A program made the position numbers and the translations under genes. A DNA stretch of 64,000 bases, from assembly GCA_002633005.1 (NCBI GenBank), contig NMRA01000066.1:804407-868406 (forward strand), written 5' to 3'. The notes under the pieces are model-generated. The model searched no databases. It saw only the letters and a list, made by a program, of their open reading frames with translations, and was not told the DNA's origin. Every line of letters begins with the position of its first letter. The first letter of the stretch is position 1. The stretch is from Phoronis australis. Taxonomy: Eukaryota; Animalia; Phoronida. Shown piece after piece: positions 28,601-41,483 of the stretch.

Positions 28601-31600
28601 TCATACGCGTTGCTCTTGCTGACGCCCGTCAACAGAGCCATAGTTGTCATGCGCTTGTTGATCCACATAGAAAGAGTCGCAGTCGTTTTTCATTGCCTCG
28701 CGATAACTGTTCTTCTTTCTTCTCCATAGAAAAGCGTAGGTCACAAAAATCCCTAGAGCAATGAACGCAATGGACCCTATGGTGATTCCAACAGCAGATG
28801 GCACTCCGATACCGTTCGAGGTGTTGTCAGATTCAACAGCTTGTTTGGTAAGTGATGAACTTATTACGTTGACAGCTTGTTGGAGCTCTAATTCCGAAGA
28901 CTCGAGTCTAGTATGTGATGCTCTACGCAGAATGTCCTCTGCTTGCAATTCCGATGGCTTTACTGGTTGCGATTTTATCAGTTTCCATTCTGACGTCGTG
29001 TCATTTTTCATCCATTGTTCACCTGCAGACCCCATCATAAAAAGAAGGTTGGTTGAATTGCCTTTTTTCTCTGGCTTTTTTTCAAATGGTGGGCGAATTA
29101 GCTTGACAAGGGAAAGACTGGAAAGAGAATTTGCTTTGACGCAGTAATTAATTTCACAGCCGTTGTCAAGATCAGCAAGATGCTGCGTGTAACCGGAGGG
29201 ACATCTGTGGGGCAAACCAGAAGTTGGTTGCTGTTGGAAAAACGAGTACAAACTTCTTTTATGCACTTTAGCGTGTGGCATTGTGAGAGCCAGAGGATTA
29301 CCAGACTTGCAGCTAAAGAAACCAGCAAATGGAACTTGGTATACACCGCCCAGTTCAATGTCGTCACCAACGCATACTTTCATATCACTCCCTACCTTAA
29401 GACTGTGAAAATGGGGCGGACAGGAGAAGGACTGAGTCAGGAGATTGCTATGCGTAGACGTATACACGCCACCAAACATGTACCCCGAGCCCTGTTGAAC
29501 GGAACCAGTAGCAGCACACCAGAAACCCGTGTAAGACGCCTCAGTACCGGTACGCACAACTTCGCACTTTGAATTGCAACACTTTCGAAGCCATAAGAAG
29601 CCACACCGTTTGCAAGTTTTTTCGCAGTACGTTTCTTTCCCACCGAAACTCTCTACGCCCTCTGCCACTTTGACAGCCGTGTATTCTTGTGGACAAGTGA
29701 AATCGCCAGTTAGAGGATTCTTTTGTGAAAGTTTGTCACACACCGTTTGATCGCCTCCGTAAACCACGGAGCACGTCTGGTAAACTCCACCAAATGTGTA
29801 ATTCGAGAGTGCGTGAGAGCAAGATCCGTCATCGATGTTCGCAGTAAAGCTGAAATTGGGTGAATCACGCTTCGTACAGCCCCTGTATGTATTGAATTTG
29901 TAGTACTGGCCAACAGCCTTTTCCACGTACTGCGCAATCTCTTTTCGGATGGGGTCGGGAACTTCCGGTAATGTGGCAGGTGTTATGACGTAATATATGG
30001 GATCACCGGACTTATCAATCGATACCAAATTGTTCTCAAGACCAGATTCCCAATCATCTAAGGTGAACTTGTTCTAGAAATATATAAGAAGCATGCTACA
30101 ATGTTGCAAATATCACATTCTTTTCTATTAAGTCTCAAATAAGCTTTTCACTTAATATATGCGTAATAGTTGCATTAATCAATGACTTTTTAAAATCATT
30201 CATACATGTAGGCATGACACAAGACTAGTTACAACAAAAGTATAAGAAAATAAACTTGGTTTTTAAATACCTTAAAACCTGGACCACCGACACTTTTAAG
30301 ACTTGATGAGGCGAGATTTCTCATGTAACCTGACTTGGTCTCGTGCGAGGTAGAAGTACCAAAACCAAACCCGACGCTGATTCTTTCAAAAAATGTTGCG
30401 CTGACAGCAGCTTTGACCTCCGACTTCCTGAATGACTTGTCTGCCAAGAACGTCTTTTTTATCGAGTCCTCCTGGGCGAGAATGGCACCTACGTCAACAC
30501 TGGTCGTGTAATGAGTGCCGAAGTCACGAACCAATAACTGTGCAGTGTATGACGCCAGTCGAGTATTGTTCGTCAGAATATGTGAGCCAATCTCCAACAA
30601 GCGATTTTTGAAAGCTTGTGTGAGTTCTGCGTCCGGCTGCCCTTTGATTGTGTAAAGATGACGTCGAATTTGTACTCGTGCGGTGGAAGATTTGTCTCTA
30701 ACGTGGTGCTTTTTAACCTGTAGACAAACCAACGGTATTAAGTTATAATTTTGCTGAAATTTTGAAGAGCAATCGGTCAAAAGTTAATTCCTTCCACATG
30801 TTTTTTAAGTTCTAATGTCAAGGATTTGAAAATTCGTAGGTTTCATTTAATGGATCTGGGTCCACACCTATCAATTACTACTCGAGAACCGACGAGAAAT
30901 TAAACCAATTGATTTGGTCGTTCACTTTTTAAATCGGACCCCGATAAAAATTTAGTGGTCTCGAACCCTGATTCAGGAATCAATTTTGAACTGTTCTCAA
31001 TAAGGACGAACAAGCATTTTGGTCAGTCGTAATTTAGAAATACCTGGAACGTGTGAGCGGTTTTTGGTCGTACAATTTCCCGAGTAGTGTGCAAATTATT
31101 CACACATGCCTTTGATTGCCACTGTAATATCAAAATTATGTTAAGGTAATTGAAAAATTACTGATCTACCTCTTGATGGGCGTATGAGAAGGATCCACTG
31201 ATCACGGAGAAAAGGGAAACGCCTGCGTTGATGGAGCGTGACGTCATATCTGTGTATTCTTGCCAGCTATCAAATAATTCAGCGAACGCCTGCATGTTGC
31301 TTTCCTTAACAGGCAGGGCAAACGTTGAATCCGGGATAAGATATTTCCCTGGCAAAATCATGAAAAATGGTCTACAGATAAGGCCAAGTCCCATTCAGTT
31401 TGATGGTGCAGGTGAATGAATAGACAACTACATGTACATTGTATACTGGGCAATCTTAAGTTTTGAACTATCGTTATTTGATTTTGAAGACAAAATGAGG
31501 TTATGTCAAAGCTCAAACCAACTTTAAATGGCGATCGTCATAAGAACACCGTCTAAATCAATCATGATCTACACACTAGAAATGGAATTATTTTTAATAT

Positions 31601-34600
31601 TTTTACTATTACTGTAAACATTCCATTGATTATACCGGCGATTTTCTCATGCATATTACTCTTCCCCATAACACTTATTCACTACACAAAACACATACAT
31701 GTAAATGTACTGCAGCGAATGTTTTTGCAACTAACCATCGCCTGTTGTCCTGCAGGTAGCGTAATTGGGTTTCATAATTTGCCCCATTTCAAGGTTACGC
31801 AGGTTGTCCCAACCAATACCAGGTAAAGCCTCAAATCCATAAATGCCTGAAACAATAGAAAAGTAAGATAAAATAATAGACCGTTATCACTGTATTTGCG
31901 CTAATCACTTGCGAACTTTGAGTACGAATTTGAAATCGTTGTCCAATGAAACTGTTTGTCGAAATCGGGGACTCGCTGTCAACACTTGCTGTCGACTAAC
32001 GATGTTGACGGCGTATACTGTCTCACAGCTCACATACTATCGTCTCCCCAGGCGCATGTTGCTTGCCCCCTCCAGGGGGCGACAGTGTGTGTCGAATGCG
32101 ACGTTAGACTGTTGCATTGTGGTGACACATATTGTCATCCACAAAAAATACGATTTTAGTGATATTGCCTGGCAGGTAATCTACGCGATACTGCGTGTCA
32201 AGTCTCGGTGAAGGCATTTCCGAACCGTCAACAAGGGAACAGAGGTAGATGTGGCACAGGGGTCGGATAGGTGTTTTCAATCTCCTACGAAGAGACTTGC
32301 CGAGAATTAGCATTAGATTCGCCTGCAAATGCCGTAGAGATAACGCAGAGAGACTTACCAACACGTGAAAATATTTTCCAGCCATATCAGGATGTTTTCA
32401 AGCAAACGAAAGTGTATCCAAATGTAAACGAATCCCCAATTAAAGTTCCAATACCAGATTCTTCTCGAAACCGTTTTTCACACATCACCACCTTTCTTAG
32501 TTTTGTGTATTTGCAACAGAAAGCGAAAGTCTAATTTTGTATGACCACCTATTTCAAAACCCGACTTAATTTTTGTCAAAGTTAAGAGCGAAGACCAAAA
32601 TACGTCTTCGGTTTTTTGTATGCCCAAATTTCGGTATTAATTTTCCAAAGATTATGGTCTTAAGCTTTGAGTTTTACTTGTAGGTCAAGTTTTCATGAAA
32701 CGGGACTCAGTGAGGACTCTTTTTCATGAAAAGTGATAAAAGACTAAGTCAGGAATTTAGTCTTTTGCTCCAAGTAACGATTTTTGAAACAAACATCCGC
32801 AGTCTCTGAGAATGTACACAACAGTTGACTGCTAGTTACAGCGGTATCTCCTATGAATTATTTCTAGACTTTGAAGCGCTCATGAGTTCTTAGCTAAACT
32901 TTTATAACGCAGTAGGAGCCAAATTGCAGTCCAAGTCTTAAAAGTCACTTTCCAAGAAACTGGTGCCTTAGAAATCAAGCGGCAATATCACGTAACACTT
33001 CAAAAATTCCTTGTGCGTGTTGGAAGTCAGAGATCACTCGACTCAAATGTTGAACCTTGGATGATTGTATTTAACATATTATTTTGAAATTCTCAAATCT
33101 GCGGTGTTGCCTCACGATGTCGAGGTATAATAGTCGGGAGGCTAACATATACAAGTACATCACCTGTCTAGAAAAGTTGTCTCTTTGTTGTGCATATTTA
33201 CCGACCGTTTTGAAAACTTTCCTATCAGGCACTGAACAAGATCAGTCTAAAAGCAATGGAAAATATCATCGAGGTTGTCATAAGGAGGCCAAATTGCACT
33301 CCGTTAATGCCTTTAAAAAATCCGTAAAAACTATTAAAATTCCATTGATTCTACCACAAAAAATGTGCTATCGGATGTTTTAAAAGTTATGTTTCACCCC
33401 ATTCCAATCCAAAGCTGTGGAGTTTTTCACTGAAAATTGTTTTCTTTGCATTTTCTATTTTCTATTGAAACGCTATTTGAGTGGAAAAATTTGACCAAAA
33501 TTTTCGTGGCATCAGGCGTTCAGAGTTCCTCCCAGTACACGCCAATAGCTGACAGCCTGAGAAGTAAACCAAATCAGAAACTAAAGCACTTTTTTCCCTG
33601 ACTGTATATGCCCAAATGCAAGAAAATGATGTATCATAAGTATTCTTTGTACTGGAACGAAATTTTTTGGAAGCATGAATGTAGAGCTGCTTATACCTCC
33701 ACCCCAAGGACCGACTTCATGAAAACTGACTTAAGACTTACGATAGAAATTGAGGAGGTAGTCTAGTGTGATAGGTTCTCGCTTTCTTTACTCGAGATCG
33801 TGGGTTCGAGTCCCACTGAGTCACTCTGCTAAACCCTTAAGTCAGGTTTCTAGGTCCTCAGCACGGCTTTGATTATACATGTACATTAGTAAAGCGTAAA
33901 AATGGTTCCAGGTGATCAGTGAAGTGTGCCCACATGCGCGGCCTGCGCACGTCTGTAACAACGTGTGTCAGACCGCCTGCAATTATTTTTATATGATAGA
34001 AATTTGGTCTTACGCTGACATAACTATTTTCGAAATTTAATTTAAACTCCAAGATTAAGTATCTGAGAAAATAGCCATAATTGTCATTTACCGAAAAAAG
34101 TGTAAAAAGTATTTCCAGGCAGTAATGATTTAGTAATTACACGAGTAACCCGTTAATTGACAATTGTGAAGTGGAGGCGTACGACCAAATTTTTGTTGTC
34201 TTAAGTCACTTTTTATGAGACATACCCCAGAGGTCAGTAGCTAAGACAGTCATATACAGGTTATTGCAAACGAGGCTTTATCTTTTCATAAAAGAGCAAA
34301 TCGTCGATAATTTTTAGTATTCATGCTTTACGACTACGTTTACGAGCCACGTACGTTTGTTAACAATTACGACCCCCTAGTGGCTAAGACCGGAGTTGAG
34401 ACCTTTGATTAAACGGGTCCAGCTACTAAGGGAATCACTGTCAAATTTATTTTACTAAAGTTTGAATTTAATGCCTACAGTCATTTGTCAAAATGTCATT
34501 CCATGAAAACAAAAGGAGAATGAACGCCAACATTTCTGTCCAACCTAGTAATATATCGTTAAAACATTCCTCGTCGTTTGTTCATAAGTCCGGAAAAGAA

Positions 34601-34952
34601 TTAGGGCTCTAACTAACATTTTGGTTAAAACAGAGTTAGATAAGGGATCTTATTTGCATTGCATAAGTCTATCTTAACAGGATAAAGAACAAAATGACCA
34701 AAGTAAAAGCAATGTGTGACTTTCTAGTCGTCACCTAGCGGTGTGTTACATGTGCGTAATTTTTTATCACATCGTGGGAGAAATTTATCAAACTTGACAT
34801 TTTAGTACATCATTACCGTTTTTAACCAGGCAGTTTCTTTTGTCGCCAATTGGGTACTTTTGCGATGAATCGTCTAAGGTCGCGAGTTGTCCATTAACAG
34901 CGGAAAACAACCAAGATAGAATAGTTAGAACAGCTGGAAGAGCGAGCTCCAT
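28601..34952 (-). CDS. MPEG1: Macrophage-expressed gene 1 / Perforin-2 (MACPF pore-forming protein), copy A; ~781 aa, 5 exons
   Basis: Exons: 34817-34952 ([21 protein letters not shown]...[10 protein letters not shown]), 31736-31846 ([18 protein letters not shown], the MPEG1 N-terminal signature), 31170-31348 (GKYLIPD...MTSRSINA), 30271-30717 (MACPF core [13 protein letters not shown]), 28601-30073 ([18 protein letters not shown]2 domain FGGVY...NPLTG..CP, TM helix, cytosolic tail). All introns GT-AG, phases 1,1,0,0; 2346 nt open frame. Confidence 0.95.
32712..32967. mobile_element. Harbinger-like MITE (GGGxCCGTTTCATGAAA-type family)
   Basis: Ends GAGGACTCTTTTTCATGAAAAGTGA and TCACTTTCCAAGAAACTGGTGCC are imperfect inverted repeats; related termini occur at 21449, 32690 and 33707. 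Confidence 0.45.
33707..34228. mobile_element. Harbinger-like MITE interrupted by a SINE
   Basis: GGACCGACTTCATGAAAACTGACTTAAGAC versus GGGGTATGTCTCATAAAAAGTGACTTAAGAC (reverse complement of the right end). Confidence 0.6.
33752..33994 (+). mobile_element. tRNA-derived SINE with 10-bp target-site duplication
   Basis: A-box-like TAGTCTAGTGTG (~33759), B-box GGTTCGAGTCC (33803-33813), AT-rich tail, and flanking direct repeat GATAGAAATT at 33742-33751 and 33995-34004. Confidence 0.75.
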
Positions 34953-34994
34953 CTTTATGAGCAGTTGGTTCTCTCCTTATCTCTTTTTTCGTTC

Positions 34995-35001
34995 ATTTAT
35001 A
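34995..35001 (-). promoter_or_regulatory. TATA box of MPEG1 copy A
   Basis: TATAAAT on the minus strand about 43 nt upstream of the ATG at 34952. Confidence 0.5.
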
Positions 35002-36229
35002 GCGGGCAGGTGACTGCCATGCTCAAAACCGGACATTCGGCATAGTGCTTTACAATGTGATTAAGGTTTTAAAGAGGCGTGGTGTGAACGTAATCGTGAA
35101 ACAATTGAAAAGTAACTCCTGATAACATTGTTATTTAGCGCACAATTTTCGGGAACAGATAACGGAACCTGTAGCTGATCATGAGTCGTGTGCCAAATCG
35201 TTGTTGGGAATGTCGTGTCTAGCTGAATTAACAGTGGCAGTCGCAGTTCAATTAGTAAGGTTAATGAAGATGGTCATTCAGTGAGAATAACGCATACCTA
35301 TATTTTGTCGTGTTAAAAGCGCAGCATCGCTTTCGGATTGTTGCGGCCACATTCTAGCAGATGAGTCATTGCAGCAGAGGCTCGGAAACATGAAAACACA
35401 ACGATAAGCGGCCGCCTTTGTCTCACACACATCGGTTGTTAACGAAAGCGGAAAGGTGGTTTTATCTTGCACTAGAAGCAACTGTGTCAGCGCTCGACGC
35501 TTACTTTAAACGCCAAGTAGCATTTGGCGACCTGGCAAAAATCCCAGGTCCCCAAACGAAATCATAAGATTGCCGATCTGCCGTATTCATCGTCGACTAA
35601 AACAAGGTGGTACGGTCGTAACGTGTCCCATTCTCGGTATCTCTCCAATTTATCCCGCCAACGAGCGAACGTAGGCCGCAGTCTCGCCCTGAAGCCTCAA
35701 GTTGGCGCTGATCGGTTTAGCCAGTTAAGGCTTGGTTATGGGAAATTAAATGTGTCAGAATTCAGACACATTTTTACGAAAATCGCCGGAATATCACGAG
35801 TAATATAACTTCAATTTTCTGCAGTATAATATAAAAATGAAAATTAACGGTGTATAGCAGCATTTTAGGTATAGGTTCTTATAAAATTATGTTCTTGGTT
35901 CGAAAACGGGTAAAATTCAATGATATAATTAAGAAAAAAGAATTGAAAATAAGTACGAGAACAAACTTTACTTAAAAGCAACCAAAACACTCGTTGTGCG
36001 ATCATGTTGAGCAAGTACATGTATGAGTGGAAACGGATTCATCATGCTGGAGCTGATTCATATCTACTACAGCAAAGATACAGAAACTGGCGGTGTGCTG
36101 AGAAGATAAAAAAATAAGCCTATTAACCTGACGCGTATCTCGTCGTATCTATATGCGACTAGTGAAACTTGCAACTTGTGCATTGAGTTAAATGTATTGT
36201 TGCGTTGTATCCTGCTGCAATTTCATTAA

Positions 36230-36900
36230 AAGGATACCGAACCCCAGTTTTGGATATTAACAGAGTCTAAAAACGATTTTCCTGCCCACTAAGTTTGCTA
36301 AAACTAAATAATGCTCTGTTACCCTCGACAACCCTCAAAAATTTGGAGAAAAACTTCTTTTAAAGATGTATTTGCATGCTCCTAACTATGCTAATGTATA
36401 AGCACGAACTAAACGACAATGGCATTTGAACATCATCAGCGCTAAACAAAGTGCAGCTGTATTCATAGACAACCTTTAAATGTGGAAACAAAAAAATCTA
36501 CTAATGACGTACCTTGGCGGCTTACATAGTTGGCATCAAGTAGAATTATTCCCCAGTACCACGTTACGATACTTACTGGACACGGTCGAGTGATTTACGG
36601 CGGATCATCTTCGACACAAAACTCGATCTTAAAAACGTTTGAAAATTTTCAACCTACTTCACATTCATATGTGTAGTGTTTCTAACTAATTTGACCAAGA
36701 TAAGGAATTAGCGTGCAAGTTCCATTTTAAAGTTTCTTAATTGGACAAGCTAAATTACTCGGCAACTGTGGGGAAAAGACCACCCGCCGAGGTCCAGAAT
36801 GTCTTATTTGTGGAATGAGTTTTTACTGGATTGATGCCAATGATGCATTAGCAGGTGACAGACCGAGAAATCGTTTAAACAGGCAGGGTTTAGCATCCTT
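36230..36900. mobile_element. Kolobok-like MITE (671 bp)
   Basis: TTAA flanks at 36226-36229 and 36901-36904; TIR AAGGATACCGAACCC versus AAGGATGCTAAACCC. Confidence 0.65.
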
Positions 36901-37825
36901 TTAACAACAGCATTTTTCACAATAATGCATTGAAAACTTATTGTGTCCCTCATTGTTCAGCTCCTTAAGATTATCATGATATCTGTAAGTTTATTATTAA
37001 GTTACGACCTGTACGTTACGCCACCTATTGTCAATATAGAGTAAGACGCCATCTTGTCTTGTTTAGTTTGCATTCACACATTGTCTAGACACTAAAACAT
37101 TGCAAAGCTTAGGCTCCCATGTTCAACTCTCGAAAATCCATATAAAATTGCGTGCACCTCCCTCTGACTGAGCATAAACCTCCAAAGCTTTATCTTCCCG
37201 AGTTCCCATCAAATTGTCTTTGTGAGTGGTGAATTGGCGACTTAATTTTCAAAACAATCTGAAAACTCTTTTTAAAGTTTTTGGCTTGTTTCTTTGTAAT
37301 TGTATACTAAATGCTATTAAATCTCTTAAGCTGTATTAATAAAATTCTTTTTGAGACACACGATCCCCATCTCTGTAAATCTGGCGACTCCCTCACTGTC
37401 ACAAAATCCCGCTGACAAATTGTCACAAGTAAAAGCCCGGGAACTGTATGAGCAGTCTAACAGACATGATACTAAGCTTACAACCAAGCACAACATAGCT
37501 AGCCAGCACATGAGAAAATAGAGCAACCAGTTCAAAGGAATGGGTCAATCGTTATAAGAGGTGGCAAAGTTGTTAAGCAACCTGATAAGCTGGATTTATG
37601 AAGTGTTGGTTCAAAGGTGTACGTCGAATACTTGCTTTTTAGACTTGAGTTGTAGTTGAACGAGTGTTTTGAAAGACTGTTGGTAATTGTGTTGGACTTG
37701 ACATGTTTACCATTCTAAACTTAAAGTGTGTTTATTTCGGACTTCCTTTGGAAATGGGAAGATGTTGTGGTATGTATTAGTTTATTGTTCAGTTATGACC
37801 TTATGTTACGCCACTCATTGTCAAT

Positions 37826-37984
37826 ATATACACTAAACGTACCTAGAGTGGCGTACATGATGAAATATCCCACACGACATTATTACGCGTATCAACGGAG
37901 ACCGAAGGTCGAGGTCGATACGCGGAATAATGTCTCGTGGGATATTATTTCATGTACGCCACTCTCGGTACGTTTTGTGTATGT
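37826..37984. repeat. Long inverted repeat (~70-bp arms) around a GACCGAAGGTC loop
   Basis: Arm ...AGAGTGGCGTACATGA...ATATCCCAC..GACATTATT.CGCGTATC.AC is repeated in reverse complement after the loop GGAGACCGAAGGTCGAG. Confidence 0.8.
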
Positions 37985-40100
37985 GTACTATTGTAATTTC
38001 CCACGCGACACAGCTCTGTTTTCCCGTTTGACTAAAAAAATAAGACGTTTCATTATTTTTGACGCCCATTCAACTTAAGAAATAAATAGCCGTGGAGCGC
38101 TTGTGGGTGTTACGACTTCCGTTCTCCAAAACCGTTGTCGGTACTTTTTATGTGTTGCGGTGAACATTTCACCTATGCGTTTTGGCGTAGACCCAGATGT
38201 CCCGCTTTTTATCTGGGAATCCCGCTTTCAATTCAGTTGTGCCACTTTTTCATTCTCGAATATTGACAATTACAATCACAGGTGTTCAAAACACCATTGT
38301 CTCTTTGTCATAAATAGTGTTACTTTCCAGAGTCCACTTTCTTTAGTAACATAACAATTCTAAAAATGTTCTCTTATTTCTCTTGTTTAGGATAACACAC
38401 ACTACAATAATTGTATCACTAATTTCTACTCGCTACTATGGAACCTTTGTAACGATCTTCCCACAGTACATTTTAGAGCTACACAATAGATGTTTGCTCG
38501 TTTTATTGCCTCCTGAATCTTTACGAAGAACTGTATCTAACGGCTCCAAAGATCAAATTTATGTATAAAGATGTACAGTTTTTGATGAATGCCGGACTAA
38601 ATTCTTTACAGCAACTATGAGGAATCCATGTTCTGAAATATTTGTCTTGATAGGGTAGAAGTCTTTTAAATCATTGAACTTATTTCCCTGCTGAATTCAT
38701 TAGTCTTCTATAAACATGTCTGGTTTCTTTCCTTTTTTATTACTTTTACACTCTGATATTTTCGCATTTTGGTTTTTAGAATAAAAGTTATTTCTTAAAC
38801 CTGTCGGGTATGCGAAAAGATATTATTGACGAATTAACTTATTTGTCGCTTGCTTCTAAAAAAATACATACATCATGCTTGAACTCTGCCAAACATTTGC
38901 TAGATAACGCTGGCAAGTGGTTTGGCTGTGTTTGGAAGAATTTGACACTATTTTGCAATACTTTGCAGGGAGTCATGTGAGGAAAGCAATATTTTTCTAA
39001 TAAATCGAGGAAAGTCAAAAGAAATATCTTCAGCAGATTGTGCGCTGATGAAGCTTGTTCGCTGAGATGTCCCTGCGAAAGAGAGGCCCTTCTGTAGACT
39101 AGACCATGGGTTAAAATGCACCGAACATGCAGCATATCACATCCTCCGTCAAACATTTTTTGAAGATGTGCAACAGAATGGTTGATGCATGTTTCACCGA
39201 ACTGCAGACGAAAGCAAAACCGTTTATACAAAAAAGAATAAACAGTATTTTGTTTTGCTTCCATCTGGACCAGTCTGATTTAGGGGCCCCAATGCATCTT
39301 TCAAAAGAGCACCCCTACGACATGCATACTACTTTGACAGTTGAGTCCACCGTATATTCTTCCGAAATATCATTTTGAACGCTATATAACATCATGATTG
39401 TCAGTTGTTTGCAAATTGGTTATTTGAATAACTTTATGATAAAGGGTGTTTCATTAGTGAACTAAACCGAAATCGACGCATACATGTAAATGAATTCAGA
39501 ACGATGATAGTTTGTTCAAATATTCTTGAAAATACAACTATAATCGTTTAGAACACTTAGAGTGAGTTGGAGGTTTTAGTTGAGAATCTGAGGTGAGCTA
39601 CACTGATATTTGCCGCGATACAAAGAATGGCGGAAGAGGACGTTTAGCACTGAATAGTGAAATCACGAGCGCGAAGAGAGCTCCGTGGCAAATGTTAAAC
39701 TTCGAGGAATGAGGAACTGATGTATTTTTAAGACTCGGTAGCATATATAGCTTATATCTGTGACTGACGTGTGTTCTGTATAAAGTCTTGCGTTTCATAA
39801 AGTTGACGAAGAGACGTTTTTACTGAATGGACGTGTACTGTATATATGAATACAGTTATTATTATAAGTGATATATATTTATTGAAGGATACACAGAACA
39901 TACAAAGAAATAATAACACACCCAGAAACCGCGAAGCATTATATCTGGGTTGTAAACAATTCATAAGTGAAACTTATATACATGTACATAGAGGTACATG
40001 TATATACAATTAAGTAGTATCTAAAATAAGTATTCCAATACTTAGACATGCTATTACAGATATATGAAAACAAAAATATGTACAGATTCATGTAGGGAAA

Positions 40101-40620
40101 TCAGATGCAACAATATTGATAAACGGTAGATAAAAATTTGCTAACGTTGATTAGGAGGAATTCGTTGAGAACGAAGTCAAGGTTAGGACTACCATTCAGT
40201 AATAATGAAACTCTAGTAGGGATATTATTACAAGAATTGAGAGCGTTAACAATTGACTGGTTATCATTGAGTGCACGAAAGAGTGAGTCGCTCAGGTATT
40301 CGAAGAGGGGAATACAGTCATGTTGCGGTATGTGGGAAAAGGAAAGGGGTCGTCCTGGATTACGCATCGACATTCGAATTTCGCTGTTTTTGCCGACTTT
40401 GCCGCAATATACGCCAAGCACTTTTGTATTAACCTTGCGTTTTTCTCACCATTGGAGTTCAGTGGCAGGTTGCATGCAAAAATCCTGAAGAATGACTCGG
40501 TTAAGTTCCCTAAATCTTTTGCCTATTTGTGTCTTTCTTTACTGACAAGTGTAATCTTCTTCTGTCAATTCAGCTTCATTATGATCGTGACTAATTGTAT
40601 TTTCTCATATTGTAACTGAA
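40101..40620 (-). mobile_element. Degenerate 3' remnant of a CR1-group LINE ORF2
   Basis: The minus-strand frame ends ...SLLLNGSPNLDFVLNEFLLINVSKFLST, resembling the LLxGxxxLxxxxNxxIxxxVxxFI C-terminus of CR1/L2-group ORF2; a broken CxC motif lies upstream. Confidence 0.5.
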
Positions 40621-41483
40621 AGCCCTGGATACAGTGAAAATAAAAAGGGACTGAGTCCGTCAATTAGGGATATTCCATGTAAACTTTCCTATTTATTTTC
40701 GATAATATTGAGAATTCACCGTCAAGTTCACTGTCGATTTGTATCAAAGCCAAATGTGATTTTGTAATGAAACTGAAACACCATAAGGAAGGACAGTCGG
40801 TGTTTTCTCAAATCCACAAACACGCAGTAGATTTAGGGAACTTAGTTGAGTCCCTATTTGGAACTATTTCGTGCAATGGAGCACTGATGTTCATTGTTGT
40901 TGTCGTATTCTTTTCAAGTTATTCTCGGCTGCATGACACTATTCATCCATCCATTGCCAACGAAATACTGCTGATGTGCTGTGGGCTGCAATTCCACCAG
41001 GGAAAAGTTCTGAACTTTGAATCGATTAGAATCCCCTTTTTTTAAAATACCCTTTAAATTCCAGTACTTTTGAACAGTTGAAATCGACGGTTTCCAACAT
41101 GGCCTGTGAAAATGTGCCTGACATTCCAAAACGATGCACTTTCTTTCTTACCTCCGTGACAAAGGAGAGTCCTATATGACTCATTGTAATCCGGGGCAAC
41201 CCTTATGATCTTTTCAAAATCGTTGCATTGGTGTTTTTAGGTAAAACATGAAATTTTTAAGTAATATATTATAATCTAAATGTAAGACAATTATAGATGA
41301 CAGGTGACAAGAAGTTTGCCAAATCTGCTCCTCTCGGGAGGTTTCTTTGCTGAGCAACAGCGGCAAGATATAGGGTAGAATATACACACGAAACACAGTA
41401 GTAAGACCCGTCCGAAGATCAACGTCAGTCGTGCCTCCGATCAGGAACATATCTGCCAATTTTCATAATGATCCTATACAGTA

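Noticed and set aside
28761-29572. + strand ORFs of 128-130 aa (and equivalents at 43189-43985)
   Set aside because: They are antisense shadows of the MPEG1 terminal exons.
33752-33820. tRNA gene
   Set aside because: It has A/B boxes but no convincing acceptor stem or poly-T terminator, and it continues into a TSD-flanked body; this is a SINE head.
35278-35481. Alternative first coding exon for MPEG1-A (phase-1 donor near 35297)
   Set aside because: It encodes no signal peptide; the exon at 34817-34952 has one and matches copy B (P.GDKRNC).
37326-37535. Hydrophobic 69-aa ORF resembling a secreted peptide
   Set aside because: Non-ATG start, no supporting splice structure or recognisable homology.
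38839-39378. 141-aa and 83-aa overlapping ORFs
   Set aside because: No recognisable domain; probably decayed transposon sequence.
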